Shown: piece after piece, positions 11,381 to 24,336 of the stretch
Position numbering within the stretch: the first letter of the stretch is position 1
Layout of the letters: every line of letters starts with the position of its first letter
Assembly: GCA_024704765.1 (NCBI GenBank)
Contig: JAKMXF010000349.1
Location: forward strand, 113,228 to 177,227
DNA length: 64,000 nucleotides
From: Oopsacas minuta
Taxonomy: Eukaryota; Animalia; Porifera
Direction: 5' to 3'
Notes under the pieces: generated by a model
The model's database searches: none
Told to the model about the DNA's origin: nothing
The model's input: only the letters and a program-made list of their open reading frames with translations
Made by a program: the position numbers and the translations under genes

Positions 11381-11779
11381 CTTCCAACACTCCTATACCG
11401 AATGATAATAATTTCCTAAGTTATATAATACGCGTATAACGTATAATACGTTATACGTGATCTATTTGTAAGTATTATACGTCTAGGTCAATCTCGAAAT
11501 AGGAGATTTTGACATTTTTAGACTTGTATATATCACCTAATTATCAAGTATTATATAATTTGGTCAACTATGTTGAAATTTCATATAGTAATTCGAGAAC
11601 TTCTGTTTTTATGTAAAATATCTATTGAAGGAATCAGCTCAATTGAAGTTACGTCACCAAAATTTGTAGATTGAACGTATAATACGTATTATGAAATATG
11701 TATTATACGTAATACGTCTTCTTTAAAAGACGTATTAAACAACTTAGATAATTTCATCCAAATCAGAAGGGTGGAAGTG
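11381..11779. repeat. Possible MITE with imperfect inverted ends and palindromic CGTATAATACG motifs (approximate limits)
   Basis: AATTTCCTAAGTTATATAATACG (~11410) versus CGTATTAAACAACTTAGATAATT (~11731); repeated TATACG/CGTATA words. No TSD found. Confidence 0.4.
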
Positions 11780-12432
11780 AGCCTGGTCGAATATTAAGCT
11801 AACTCCACACTCGTGAAATCTTCAAATTCGATATTGCAAGTGATTGAATAAAGATATAAAGATATTCCCTTGAGTGAAGTGTGATGGAGTATATTCTGCT
11901 TAAAGTAGTTTCAGTTCAAAGTTTCGAACTGATGTTTCTTAGCCTAAATCAAACTGGATCTTGTTATTTTATTCCTCATCGATTGTTGATGGGAAGTTTT
12001 TGATAGATCGATATTATTGTGAAATGCTGAATATTCGCCCGAAACGGGCTTCTAAATATTGATAAATTTTCAGTTTTATGTCTACTAGTTCCAAATTAGA
12101 AATCAATCCTCATAATGATTTATCTCATGAATCGCCTCAAACTGTACAGATAACTTTATATTCTAAAATTCAATTTCATAATATAAGTACAGGGAATCAC
12201 TATTTCGCTAGTACTTTATACAGGAACGTAGGTGTGGCAAATGCCCCACCAATAATTTCCAATTTCTGTTGTCACTGATAGGGAGAATGATGCATACCGT
12301 GTATAACAATATACCCCGACCAACAATAATTTCTTGTTCCTCCTTCCTTGTTACATGCGGTTTACACTTCCTAACTAATATTATTTCCATTTTGTGTGCA
12401 CTATTTCGAAAAAATAATGATTGACTGTGGAA

Positions 12433-12645
12433 TTTGAGATGTCAGCAATTATTGAGTTGCATGTAGCGGGGAAACGTCCCTCAGAAATATTGAAAATCCT
12501 GAATATTGCAAAAGGACGTAGAGCATTTATGTACAGGACGGTAAATCGTTATAAGGCAACTAGGGACACTGTAGAGAAGCCGAAATCTGGTCGTTCATGC
12601 TCCGTAACGACCCCAGCTCTCAAGAATGTTTGCGAGAATGCATAC
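12433..12645 (+). pseudogene. N-terminal fragment of a maT (Bmmar1-like) transposase, cut by Transib copy 2
   Basis: SAIIELHVAGKRPSEILKILNI..MYRTVNRYKAT..KPKSGRSCSVTT resembles the maT/Bmmar1 HTH region; the frame runs directly into CACAGTG at 12646. Confidence 0.7.
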
Positions 12646-14918
12646 CACAGTGTGGCAATGTGGGGAAATAGTCATATTTAAAAAACATATTTCAATGCAT
12701 TTTTCAAATTCTCCATAGTTCAATTAGTACGAAAATATCATTGGCAGCATTAGAAGCAGTTAGGAATCCTAACTACGCGCAACTTTGTTGTGTGCTTCTA
12801 ATAATAGAAATATATATTTTCAAACCGTAAATTCCTATGCCCTAATGTATGTAATCATATTTGATGTAAATACTAAATATAAGAGTGTAAAACATCATCT
12901 CGTAATAAATCTATATTGTAACAACAATTTAATCATTGATAGGCTAGTCTAGATATTAATTTGTACTTTGTTCCGGGTGTCTAGTTTGGCCCTCCAAAAG
13001 TTATAATTTGGAATTTCTTCTCATTGATTGAAGTGTAGCATCTCTTGTTTGACAAAATTTGACAAAACGTTATTAATATATACGTAATGTTACTATAGTT
13101 AGTCAACTATTTAATCACTTTCCAGGCTTGCCAAAAGCTGCCCAAAAATTTATCACTTCATTCATTGTCCGGACCGGACAAAAATCCGAAAAATATAATT
13201 TCATACGTTTTAAATTTTTCAGTAAAATTCTATATTTTGCTGGTTATTAGTTATTCCAATACTCTACAACCATATATCATAATGTTTCTATGTTAGAGTA
13301 GCCCTTTTGCGGATCATGTCTGTACTAATCACGAACAACGAGGCATATAGTTTGTATATTTCGAATGGAAGAAGTGTTACAGTCTCTGTTAGGAAACTTA
13401 TTGAGAACAACCATTTATCCGATGAAGAAACTGCTACTCTCCATTTAAAATTTAAATCACTTCTAACATCCAGAGAGGCTTACCGCAGGAAGGATCTTGA
13501 AACATGGGATAACATGATTTTCCACTCTACTCATCTAACAATATCCAATCCAAGAAAGAAAATATCGCTTGATCCTGAATTTTCTTTAGTCACTGATTCT
13601 GAAAATTGAAACTTTTCAGAACAGATTGTAACTGAATCCCGGAAGCATATTCTCGAATGTCACATGAAGACTTGCAGATCGAGACTTGGTGTTCTTTTAG
13701 AGCATGTGGACTTTTTAGCAGAGAGAAAAAGATTGAGCCTAAACAACTACTCGCTCTAGCTTTAGAATTAGTCTCAAATAACTCATATAACTGTGATACT
13801 TTAGAGATGTGCAGAGAAATAATTGATGAGGGATCTTTTAGCGGTGTATTGAACAAAGTACAAATCTCTAAATGTGCTTATATATTGGACATCTTAGAAA
13901 TTGGGGCGAGTAAATACACGAATCTGAAAAGAATTCTCAAAGGTGATGTTAAGCTTCCTTCCTATAAGCTTGTCTCGCAATATCGTAGGGAAATAAGCCT
14001 AATAAATGAAATGGAAATAGTTAGAGACCCCGAAGCATTGTCAATTGGGACTTGTGTCTCTTATCATTCCATCCTTGGTCTGACCATTCAACGCTTGCTT
14101 TCAAAATTAGACCCAGTTCCTGATTCACACTACCCACTAATAAATTGAGATATCTGATGGATTGGATGGCTCCGGTTGTCATAAAACCTATAACCAACAA
14201 AGCAACAATTCTGTATTAAGCACAAAAACTTGCATTTTGTTCGGATTCAAAGTAATATCAATTACAGACACACTTGGAAATGACGTGTTCTATAACAGCT
14301 CACCCAACTCTCCGTTCTGCTTTAGGCCAGTAGCACTGATTGCTTTGAAAGAAAAATTTTCCAATGTAAAGCTTATCATGAATACAATAGTCAATCCTCA
14401 AACAGACCATATCATACAGGATGGGTTATCTCTTATTGGAGGCCATGCACAGGTCGATATAGTCCGTTCTCTTTTTGATAACAAAAGTTTAGAATGGGCC
14501 CATTCTGGTTTCCCTATTAATACATTAACTAGCGACGCTCGGAAACTTTTTGAAAAGGTTGATGGAAAAGATTATTTGAAACTCCCATCAAAACAACTTG
14601 TTGGTATTACGCATCAGCCAATTTCTAACATCGATATCATAGCTGCGTCTCCTTTGCATGCTTACCTTTGTGTATTCAGGTGGTTATTGCTGTTGATATA
14701 CCATCTTGATGCAGGACACAAGGTATGGGCGCCATCAAACTCGAAAGTAAATTCTTCCATGAAACCGGTTCGAACTATACTCCAGGAAAATGTCATTTCA
14801 GTGTCGATATCCCTTCAAGCTAGGGCGGCACTTCAACCACTGGTAACATTGCGCGAGAGTGCTTTTTAAATAAGAGAAACTTTTTGACGGGGGCCACTTC
14901 TTCCATTAATCCTTCAGA
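12646..14918 (+). mobile_element. Transib/RAG1-like element, copy 2: intact left end, 3' part deleted
   Basis: Starts CACAGTGTGGCAATGTGGGGAAATAG. Collinear with 540..2812 at a constant offset of 12106, with identical ORF translations and the same lesions. Left flank CATAC differs from copy 1; similarity stops at 14918. Confidence 0.93.
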
Positions 14919-14978
14919 ACCTAATGGTTTTATCAGAACTTTGGAGCCACCTTGTAATTGCCTTTATTTTATTACATA

Positions 14979-16354
14979 CAGTTTGTTTCAAAGTATTGGC
15001 AGTAAATTATAATATTAATATTTCAGAAATTGGAACAAATAGCAAATAGATAATGATACTACGAAATTCTATGGGTAAGATAAACCTGTAAACAAAATTT
15101 CAGTAATTAATCTTCTCCCCTCCCGAATTTATGCACATATTTACACGGTTAGGCATAGATAATATAAAATTTTTCAGGGAATCGGGGGTAAAAGTCTCCC
15201 ATTCGTAAATTATAGCTACTTCTAAATCAGCCAAGTTATTGAGAGATCTCTTTGGCAACCTCTGCTTTAGGACTCCCCAGATGTTCTCAATTGGATATAA
15301 GTCTGGAGAATAGGCAGGCCAATCCAATACTAGAATATTTTCACTATCTTTCCACTCTTTGCTGAGCTTAGATTTATGAATTGGGGAATTGTCTTCCTGC
15401 AGAATCCATCCCTCAGGATAGTAAACATCAGCTGTTCTGATTAAATACTCATTCAAAGTATCAATATACAATTTGGAGACAAAATTAGAAGTAAATATCT
15501 TCAATGTTGTGGTTCCCATGGAAGAAATCCCTCCCCAAACGTGTAATTTTGGTGTGTGCCGTTGAACCTTCAGAATAAGATTTTCTTTTGCTTTAGTCCA
15601 CATGCCAACACTTCCCCGATTTAACCAAATAGAACATTCGTCTGTGAAGAATACATTCTCCCAACAATAATTCACATGATCTTTACACCATTCAACTCTG
15701 TTTTTAGCTATTAGTGGGGTAATAAATGGTCCCATAACAGGTTGTTTAAAGTTAAATCCACAAGCACGAGTTGCACGGTAGACTGTTGAAGTTGACGGAG
15801 CATCGGTGTACTTGGAAGAGAGATTCGCGTGTACAGAATGTATAGAGATCTTAGAATGAGAATTTAACGTTCGTATAATTGATTGTTTGTGTGAATATGT
15901 GATAGCCTTGGGACGCCCACTAACACTTCTATGTGTTATGCTTTTGCCTTCATGAAGTATAGATTTTATACGAAAAATTGTCCTCAATGGTATCCCTGTT
16001 TTAGCAGAGATTTCCTTCGCTGAAGTAATACCTGCATCAATAAATATTTTGATTTTCTTCCTCTGTTCTAATTGCGACATTTAGCTACAAATAGGGCTAA
16101 AATATAATTTGTTTTATTAAATGAGATCAAATTGGCAGCTGTGGCGGTGGGAAATTTTATGCCTCAAAATTCCCCGTTTCAAATATCTGAATCGAGGTAA
16201 ACATTAAGAAAGTCCATCATGATTAATGCTAAATTTTAAGATGACTGTCTAAGTATGCAATATCGAAAAGATCAATAGATAATACTATCACACAATTGAA
16301 TGGGCTTAGGAAATATGAAATATGAACTACTGCCAATACTTTTGAAACAGACTG
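14979..16354 (-). mobile_element. Full-length Tc1 element (1376 bp) with intact transposase ORF
   Basis: TIR CAGTTTGTTTCAAAGTATTGGCAGTA / TACTGCCAATACTTTTGAAACAGACTG; TA at 14977..14978 and 16355..16356. Confidence 0.95.
15100..16080 (-). CDS. Tc1 transposase, DD34E, 326 aa, uninterrupted
   Basis: HTH N-terminus with SGRP; FTDE, HVWGGIS, LQEDNSPIH and WPAYSPDLYPIENIW, with 34 residues between the second D and E. Confidence 0.93.
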   Translation of the reverse strand: MSQLEQRKKIKIFIDAGITSAKEISAKTGIPLRTIFRIKSILHEGKSITHRSVSGRPKAITYSHKQSIIRTLNSHSKISIHSVHANLSSKYTDAPSTSTVYRATRACGFNFKQPVMGPFITPLIAKNRVEWCKDHVNYCWENVFFTDECSIWLNRGSVGMWTKAKENLILKVQRHTPKLHVWGGISSMGTTTLKIFTSNFVSKLYIDTLNEYLIRTADVYYPEGWILQEDNSPIHKSKLSKEWKDSENILVLDWPAYSPDLYPIENIWGVLKQRLPKRSLNNLADLEVAIIYEWETFTPDSLKNFILSMPNRVNMCINSGGEKINY

Positions 16355-17786
16355 TACTTCGGCTATGACAACACATATGTTATCTAAAAAACCCATTTGA
16401 ACATAAAGAGCACGTAACTTTAATTCAAACAACATCGTCTCAAACTCAACAAAACCTGAGAAGTACCCACAAATATCGAGGAAAGAGATTCAATCTTAAA
16501 TATAGGTCTAAAAAGTAGGGAACTTATCTGTTTGAGACAGCAATCCATAATTGGGTAGAGAGTAAAAGAATTTGGGATTTCAACAGCACAAAACGCAAGA
16601 GTTACATAATTCCATATTTGAAGTGATTGTTTGGATCTTATGCCGTGGTCAACTGTGAACAAACCTGGATTTCTGGGGAATCAAAAGCTATCTACTCCTA
16701 ATTTTGAAGTGGCATCCGAGAAGTATTACAGGATATGCTACGTCCAAGTTATTGTAAAATAATAAGAGCATTAAAGATTAAGTTTGAATTTAACAATCCA
16801 ATAGTTGTTTCTCTAACATTAGATGTTTGGTCGGCCTATTATCATGGTTATTTAGGAATTATTATTCACTATATCAGTGACTGGAATCGTAAAAGTTTTC
16901 ATATTACCTGTGTTCAATTCGATGAACGCCACACTGGACATAACATCTATAAACACACTCAAGATGCTATTTAGGATGGGACATAATTTACCAAGTTTTT
17001 CCGCCACGACCATGCTCGAAATGTAACAGCAGCGTTCAATGAGCCTAATTGTATGATAAAATCGTCCTAATGTCTCAATCATTCGCTACATTTAGTCATG
17101 AAAAACGAATTATTCTCAATGACCAGTGTAGGATCGTTAGTTAAAGTGTAGAAACCTATGTACACATGCAAACAGGGATTCTTCCAGCTTATATATGTAG
17201 CACGCCTAAATGAGTTCTCGATTTCACTTACGCGCCTAGACTATTTGAATTTTTGAAGCATCAAGCTTAAATTTCAGCAAACCATATATCCATTACCTAT
17301 AATACGGTTAATACTACGTTCTAGAGGTGTCATCTAGAATCTTCGTTATAAATACTTAACTATGGACCTAACATTGTATATTTATCTTTATTCATTGTCT
17401 TTCTGACCTTCATGATTGTTACGTAACCCATTACATTATTCGTCGGATTAGGGTATCCAGCGCGCTTAACTCTCAAAATTTTCTTGCTCCTAACTATACA
17501 CATTTTTTATAAATCCGCGCCTGTAGGCGCGCGTGGAGCTCCTGGATGAAACCCTGCATGCCAATCACTCCACTATATTCTATTACGAATTCTACAGACA
17601 GCAGGAAAAACAGATGGAAATTTCTCATCGATAATCTCTTATTCAAGATATAGATTCCAGATGGAATAGTACATACCGCATGCTTAAAGAATTATCTATC
17701 TCAAGCTTAAAATTGCCGATACTCTATAATAAATTGATTTAGATATCGAGTTCTTATCAGCTGAATGGACACTGTATGACAAAATA

Positions 17787-19121
17787 CTAGGGCGTTCAAT
17801 AAGCCTTGCGGAAGATATCATAGAATATGATACAAAACAATATACACACTAATTCACTATATTATTTATTCAAAGTAATCCCCTCCTGCAGATACACAAA
17901 GTTTTAACCTTTCCACCCACTTATAAAACACATTTCTGTACTCTTCTTCGGGGATGGATTTAAAGTACTGCTACAGGCCCGTTCCGAGTGCTTGTAATGA
18001 GTTAAAATCCTTGGCTTGAAGGTAGATTTTAAGGTTGGGGAATAGCCAAAAATCACACAGAGCTAGGTCTGGTGAGTATAGTGGATGGGGAAGTAATTCT
18101 AGCCCTTCTACATCCAAGAAATTTTTGGAAAGCTTAGCTGTATGGGGAACTGGCGTTATCAATTGAAATCTTCATTTCTCGAGTTCCGGTTTTCGGGCGG
18201 TACTTTTCTATATTTTTTATCAAACTTGGAAGCACTTGCTCTGTAAAGAAAGTCGCAGTAACAGCCTTGCCACTCTCTCAAGGTAATTGCAAGACAATCC
18301 CATGACTACAGAAGAAGATGGCATACATTATCTTGGGTTTCTGAAGTCGGGCCTCGGAATTTTCGCCGGTTGTTCGTCGCCCATCACCCATGATCACTTC
18401 TTATACTTGTTATATGGTGTTGAATAATACACCCACGTCTCGCCACCAGTAATAATCTCTGTTAGGCGTCTAGAATCGCAGTTCTCATAAGTTCCCAAGA
18501 GTTTCTTGGCAATATTCAGTCGTGCCAACCTTTGATTCTCATGGAGCTTGTGCGGGACCCACTTCCCACAAATCGATCGGTAGCCAAGCTCAGTCGTCAG
18601 AATTGTATGAATTGCTTCCGATGAAATTTCCATACTTTGTTCTAACTGATTGACAGTAACGCACTTGTCTTCCATGACCATACTTTCAATGAGTGCGATA
18701 TTCTCTGAAGTGGTGCGGATATCGGTCTTCCAGATCGAGGCAAATCTGTGACATTAGCATCTCCAGATCTAAAACTGGTAGCACATCGCTCTACAGTAGA
18801 TCTTGAAGGGAAATCCACGCACAATATTTCCTGTAACTCGCTGAAGATCTGTACGGGCTGGATCATGAGTATTGTGTGCAACTCTATGTAAGCTCGCCAT
18901 TTGAGGTTGAAATTATCATCCTTTGAAGCCACAAATTCAACAGTGGGTATAAATTGACTACACGTAACTATCTCAAAAGTTCATAATTTGTATTGAATAA
19001 GCTTGAAACTTTCAGTATATGGAGTTTAACTATATGGGCTTATAATATATGAAAGTTAGATATATTACTTGACTAATTCCTAAGATATATCATGACCCGC
19101 AAGACTTATTGAGCGCCCTGA
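17787..19121 (-). mobile_element. Mariner (DD34D-type) element, degenerate
   Basis: TIR CTAGGGCGTTCAATAAGCCTTGCGG / CCGCAAGACTTATTGAGCGCCCTGA flanked by TA. Fragments DLPRSGRP, WVPHKL, IITGGETW and PHPLYSPDLALCDFWLFP. Confidence 0.9.
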
Positions 19122-19224
19122 TATATATCAATTCCCCAATTATTTCAAATTTATCCATTGATAAGCCATGAAACTCTATATTTTCTTGGGTCTTATGTTC
19201 CTAATTACACATTATAAATATCAT

Positions 19225-20407
19225 TCCATATAGCCTCCATTTTTATGAATTACGGAAGTTAGCTGCCCCAAAACTGATGGATTTCTTTTCGCAGCTCCTC
19301 CTGTGGGATTTTTTCTGCCATTCACTTAACAAACTCACTTTGAGGGACTCCAAACTCTTGTGAGATTTCGCGCAGGTCCTGCTCTCCAAGTTTGCCCAAA
19401 CAGAATAGTCGAGTGAGTTTATATCTGGGCTTGATGGTGGCCATTCATCCCTACTTATGAAATCGATATTTTGCTCTCGGAACCAACCCTGGGATACTTT
19501 TGAAGCATGTGCAGGCGCAGAGTCTTGTTGCTAAGTCCAAGGATGGTTTTGAAAGAGCTTCTCACCAGCTGACGCAATTTCAGGCTCCCAAGACCAGCTC
19601 TCTGTACTCTGGGAGTTTATTTTCACTCCTTGGGGGACAAAAATCAGGTTTGTCCGTGAGTCTGCCGACACTCCCGCCCATACCATCAGAGAAGGAAGCT
19701 TCTGTACTCTACCAATGTACTTGATGCTATCTGGGATATCTGACTTCGAGAAGCATGTATACGGCCGTTTTGACGATTGCTTGCCTCCTCAACCGTGAAC
19801 AGCTTCTCATCTGAGAAGAGAATCTGATCTTCAGTCCCAGGAGCGAATCGGGCTTTTAGTTGTATGCATCTTTGAGGCGTTTACGACGTATGGAGTCGTT
19901 AAGTGGTACGTTCTCCTCTTATAGGACTTCATTCCCAGGTCCTCTACAACCAATTTCCGAATCGTTTCGTGATTGACACAGAATTCACGAGACATTTTTT
20001 GCATTGAACGCTGGGGATTTCTCAGGATTCGACATCTAACACTATTCTTCACGACTGGTATGTGAGCGGATCTTGGACGACCAACTCGTTTCCTGTCTGA
20101 CACGCTCCCAGTCTCTATATATCGTTTTATTGTGCGATAAATCAACATGGGATTGACTTTATCATTTTTTAGCCGTTTTAGAAGTTCACTGTTGCTAAAC
20201 CCAGATTCGTGAAAAGTGATAATTTTTGAATGAATTTCTTCTAACAAAATTTTCTGGGAAATCATCACCTTGAATGATACATAATTGGTATAATTCGAAA
20301 GAGCGCCAAAAATGCTACAAGAAAATCTAGAGGATTACTTCATAAGTTTATTAATAGCTACTGTTTGAGGCGCGAAAATGTACAACAGAACTTATTAGAC
20401 ACCCTTT
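19225..20407 (-). mobile_element. maT (DD37D) element with frameshifted transposase; only the 5' TIR is recognisable
   Basis: ORF 19831..20268 gives the HTH region (IYRTIKRY..DRKRVGRPRS..RNPQRS). Downstream frames give ILFSDEKLF and QQDSAPAH..EWPPSSPDINSLD, with 37 residues between the last two Asp. End AACTTATTAGACACCCTT followed by TA near 20407. Confidence 0.85.
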
Positions 20408-21043
20408 ACTTGACTAATTCATGCGTTATTTCATGACCCTCAACACTTATTGAATGCCTTGATACTGGATGTAATTGTATTGGGAAAATTCAGGTACTCC
20501 CAGAAGTGGGGATTTTCTGTCATGAAACTAAAGTCTACATATAATTCCTGAAGTTGAATGTGTATTCATACCAGGTCAATTGTCAAGGAAAACATTACTG
20601 CAGTTTTCAATGCAGGGCTTACAAGATAAGAGTCACTAAGCTCATTGTTTCGCTGCCTATCATTGAGTTTACACAAAATATCGACTAAAGTATTTCACTA
20701 TTCGATGATCGTATATATTTCCATAAAGGTTTGAGTGAACAATTAATACAGTAATTTTGTCGTACAGAACCGGTACCACGGAGGTTTTAAGTATCACTTC
20801 TTACCTAGGAAGAAAGAAGATTATTAGTTGAACTGTCTCAAGAGAAATCGGTTAATGTCATAAATCTAATTACAATACACTTACAGATTCATAGTTTACA
20901 AGATATAATTAGTTCATTATCAGCTACCTCAAGCCATCTAAATATTTCGTTACAACACACCATTTCCAGAATTTTGAAGTCTATATATTTCAAATAGATA
21001 ATATTTCTAAAAGATTATCCAGAAGACTTGCTGAAGTCTGATA

Positions 21044-22353
21044 CAAGGGTTGTTCAATAAATAATGAGACTTTTTTGATAATTCATATAGTAAACCTATA
21101 TTTATCCTAATTGATTATCAAATGTTTTGATAAATTCCCCCTTCAACTTTATACACCGTTTCCATCGTTCTGGTAACTTTTCCAGGCCAGTGGTATAGAA
21201 TTCTTTAGGGGTCCCTTATTCGCACTGTTTTATTTCATATTCCAGCAGTTTGAAATCCTCAAATCTCTTCCCTCGAAGAGGTCTCCTCATCTCTCCAAAC
21301 AGCCAGTAGTCGCTAGGAGCCAAGTCTGGACTATACGGGGGATGAGGGAGGCATTCGAATCTTAAGTCGTCAATTGCAGCCATTGTCTTGGAGCTTTCAT
21401 GGGGCCTTGCGTTGTAATGTTGCAGCAATGCGCCACGTGTCAACTTGCCTCGCATCTCACATTTACTCGCTTTACGCAATTCTTTCAATTCGTCAACATA
21501 ATAATCCCTGTTTATCGTTGTCTTCTCAGGCAACCAGTCGAGGTGTATAATTCCTTCCCTATCCCAAAGTACTGTTGCCATTCTCTTCCCTGCTGATTTT
21601 GCGGCCTTTACCTTGATTGGCACAGGTTCATCACGTCTCTTCTACTGCTTCGATTGAGTTTTGCTCTCTGGTTCATAATAATGAAACCAAGTTTCATCCC
21701 CCGTTACTACACGATCCAAAAAGTCTTCCTCTACCGTGCACCTTGATAGTAATTCTTTGCTAACTCTGACCCTTTCATGTTTTTGTTCTTTTGAAAGAAG
21801 TTCTAGGACCCCACGCGCAGTTGCCTTTGACATTTCCAGATTTTCAGTGATAATTGAGTGTAGTGTGGTTTTTGATATGCCTACCCTCTCTTCTAACTCT
21901 CGCAGACTTATTCGTCTGTCCTCGTCCAAAATTGTTTGGACCCTCTCGATATTACTGTGGGTTTTTGAGGAAGTCGGACGACCTGGACGAGGGTCATCGT
22001 GGAGTTCCTCATCACCATTATCAAAACGTTCGATCCATCTATATATGGTGGCTTTCGAAGGACATTCATCACCGAAAATATCCTGCATTTCACGAAGAAT
22101 GTATGAGCCAGTCTTCTCCTTTTTCTACAGGTACCAAATTTGTTGTTTTCCTTCTTTGCTAAAATCTATTAGTTGAAAAAAGTAGCATATACAAATGAAA
22201 CTTTATACTGAAGAATAGCTAGTAGAGTAAAGAGAATATTGTATCGAAGTTAGGCGTTCAAGTTAGGTTTGTAATCTGATATTACGCTTAGAGCTGTATT
22301 AACTAGAACATGAATTCAATACATTAGTCTCATTACTTATTAAACAACCCTTG
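21044..22353 (-). mobile_element. Mariner (DD34D) element, full length, inactivated
   Basis: TIR CAAGGGTTGTTCAATAAATAATGAGACT / AGTCTCATTACTTATTAAACAACCCTTG flanked by TA. VTGDETW and YSPDLAPSDY are present, but there is an in-frame stop at 21642 and the second Asp is replaced (HYNARPH). Confidence 0.93.
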
Positions 22354-22830
22354 TATAAATACCGTGATTCTTACTCTATTCAAGACCCCCTATCTAATAT
22401 TATCTACTACAATGCATGTAATCTGCATAATACTTGTATTATGAGGTAAGATATTGACAGTATTGATTAGTTTGATAAATATATGTGAATATATGTTTTC
22501 CATTCAATTTCAACTTTCTACAGATATTCACCTTGAAACTGATATGTAACTTGTTTAGCATTCATTTTCAACTTTTGCAAGTGTTTACGATGAAACACTG
22601 CCATAACTATGACGCCAAAAAAATATCAATAAAAATAATGAATCTGGTTACCGAAAAATATGAAAAAACAATTTAATCATTGATACCAGCGGAAAAATAT
22701 ACATGAACCCAGTGATCTCTAGATGTGCCAATAACTCCATAAATATTGATAAATATTGTTTTAGCAACCGAACCAAACTTGGAAAATCGCTGGACTGATC
22801 AATGGCCAATTTTGAAATATATTTTGCCAA

Positions 22831-23105
22831 AGAAATTGAATGAAAAAATCTGTTCCATATCAGTATCACAGTGAATACGTGCAGAAAGTTATAAGTGAAC
22901 GAATAACTTATTATATATCAATGCAACCGTAAATAGCTGTAGAAAGTAAAAATTGAATGAAAAAATCTGTTTCACATCAGTATCACCGTGAATAAGTGCA
23001 TACAGTTGAAATTGAATGATAAAACTTGTTAAATATCAGAGTCAAAGTGAATATTAGCAGAAAGTTAAAATTGAATGACAAAACCTGTTCCATAACAGTA
23101 AAGCA
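22831..23105. repeat. Degenerate ~60-bp tandem repeat, about 4 units
   Basis: Recurrent AAATTGAATGAAAAAATCTGTTCCATATCAGTATCACAGTGAATA-like units near 22833, 22950, 23009 and 23068. Confidence 0.75.
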
Positions 23106-24215
23106 TTGAGGATGTGTTAATTTTATACTATATTAATTGTGTTTACACACAAATTCAACACATCAAAGAATATCTTGGTGGTGTTATTGGCACAGTAAAC
23201 TATGATAATTTAGCATAATGAGACAATGAATGTATAAACAAAGGCCTAGAAAAGAGATTGTAATAAAAATACAAATCAAAGTCAATTTTCAAAAACAATG
23301 TCCAATTTTCGCCAATACAACCATTTCCCTCATCCCAAAATATAACATGTCAAATTTGTCAATACAAAGATGTTACATTTAAATATCTTATATATTTATC
23401 TCGTATTTTTTTGTTTTTTCTTATGTATAGTTTCTTTTTTGTCCGGAAATGAATGAAGAACTACAGAACTAAAATTTGGCAGGTGTGTGGAAGGTAATTA
23501 ATTTAGCAACAAGTTCCAAGATCAGAGAAATTTCAAAAACTCTCTGACATAGGTGTCAAAATGTACTGGCCTATCAGAATTGAAGGTCTACCAATTGGAT
23601 TCAGGGATGTTCACAGGATTTGGCTAGACAGAGGCAGGGGCGGAGCTATAAATAAATACCAATCGGGACATATTATTTCTGTGCCGATTAATTCAATTAC
23701 ATAGTATAGAGGCTCAGTTCTAAAATGGTTGACTTAGTACGTATATACAGTGGAGTTTCCTAAAACGGACACCCCGAGGAGTGGACAATTACTCTACAGC
23801 GGCCAATATGTTTTTGCTCTGCTATTCACACCTTTAGAGATTATGACACCAAATGTGGTATGTATACTCGTAGTGATATCTAGTTTTCACTTGACATTTG
23901 AAAGATTTCTAATGGCTATATTTTTATACCTTGTGACACCTCTGTATTTTAGCCAATCAGATTGTAGTGTTTTGCAATTAGGCATAAATGCATAGAACTA
24001 GTTCTGAGAGAGACCCGTAGAGTTCATGTCACATATTTGCACCGTAATATATTTGTATTGCATGATTTTACACGGTTGTAGGTGTAGGGATCACTTGGCC
24101 AAAACAGTGCAGCACGATGATAAATAATTCGGAGGCGGGCCCTACATTTATCCGCTTAATTGGTTGGAAATGGCCTGGTTCCATTGTTACCCCCATTAAG
24201 CGGAGTTGACCAGAG

Positions 24216-24336
24216 CAGTGGTTCTACCTGGGGTCGCAGTCCTAAAATGTTCTTCGTTATGTTTGTTGGCAGGGGGTCCTGGTCCCATAAAATGGACCAA
24301 AGAGGTCTGCGTAAGGAAAAAGGTTGAAAACCAGTG
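24216..24336. mobile_element. Old Charlie-like hAT MITE
   Basis: CAGTGGTTCTACCT / AGGTTGAAAACCAGTG ends; flanks GACCAGAG and AACTAGAG match at 6 of 8 positions. Confidence 0.45.

Larger units (their letters stand above)
14919..17200 (+). pseudogene. Degenerate Ac-like hAT transposase (BED-finger remnant plus start of catalytic domain), split by the Tc1 at 14979..16354
   Basis: Joining across the TA reads LWSHL..LHTSAMTTHMLSK. Downstream: SLTLDVWSAYYHGYLGIIIHYISDW..FDERHTGHNI and CLNHSLHLV. A possible right end, GGATGAAACCCTG, lies at 17556. Confidence 0.75.

Noticed and set aside
22831-23105. Tandem units here and at 52327..52920 as a CRISPR-like array
   Set aside because: Units are contiguous degenerate copies without unique spacers, in a eukaryotic context.
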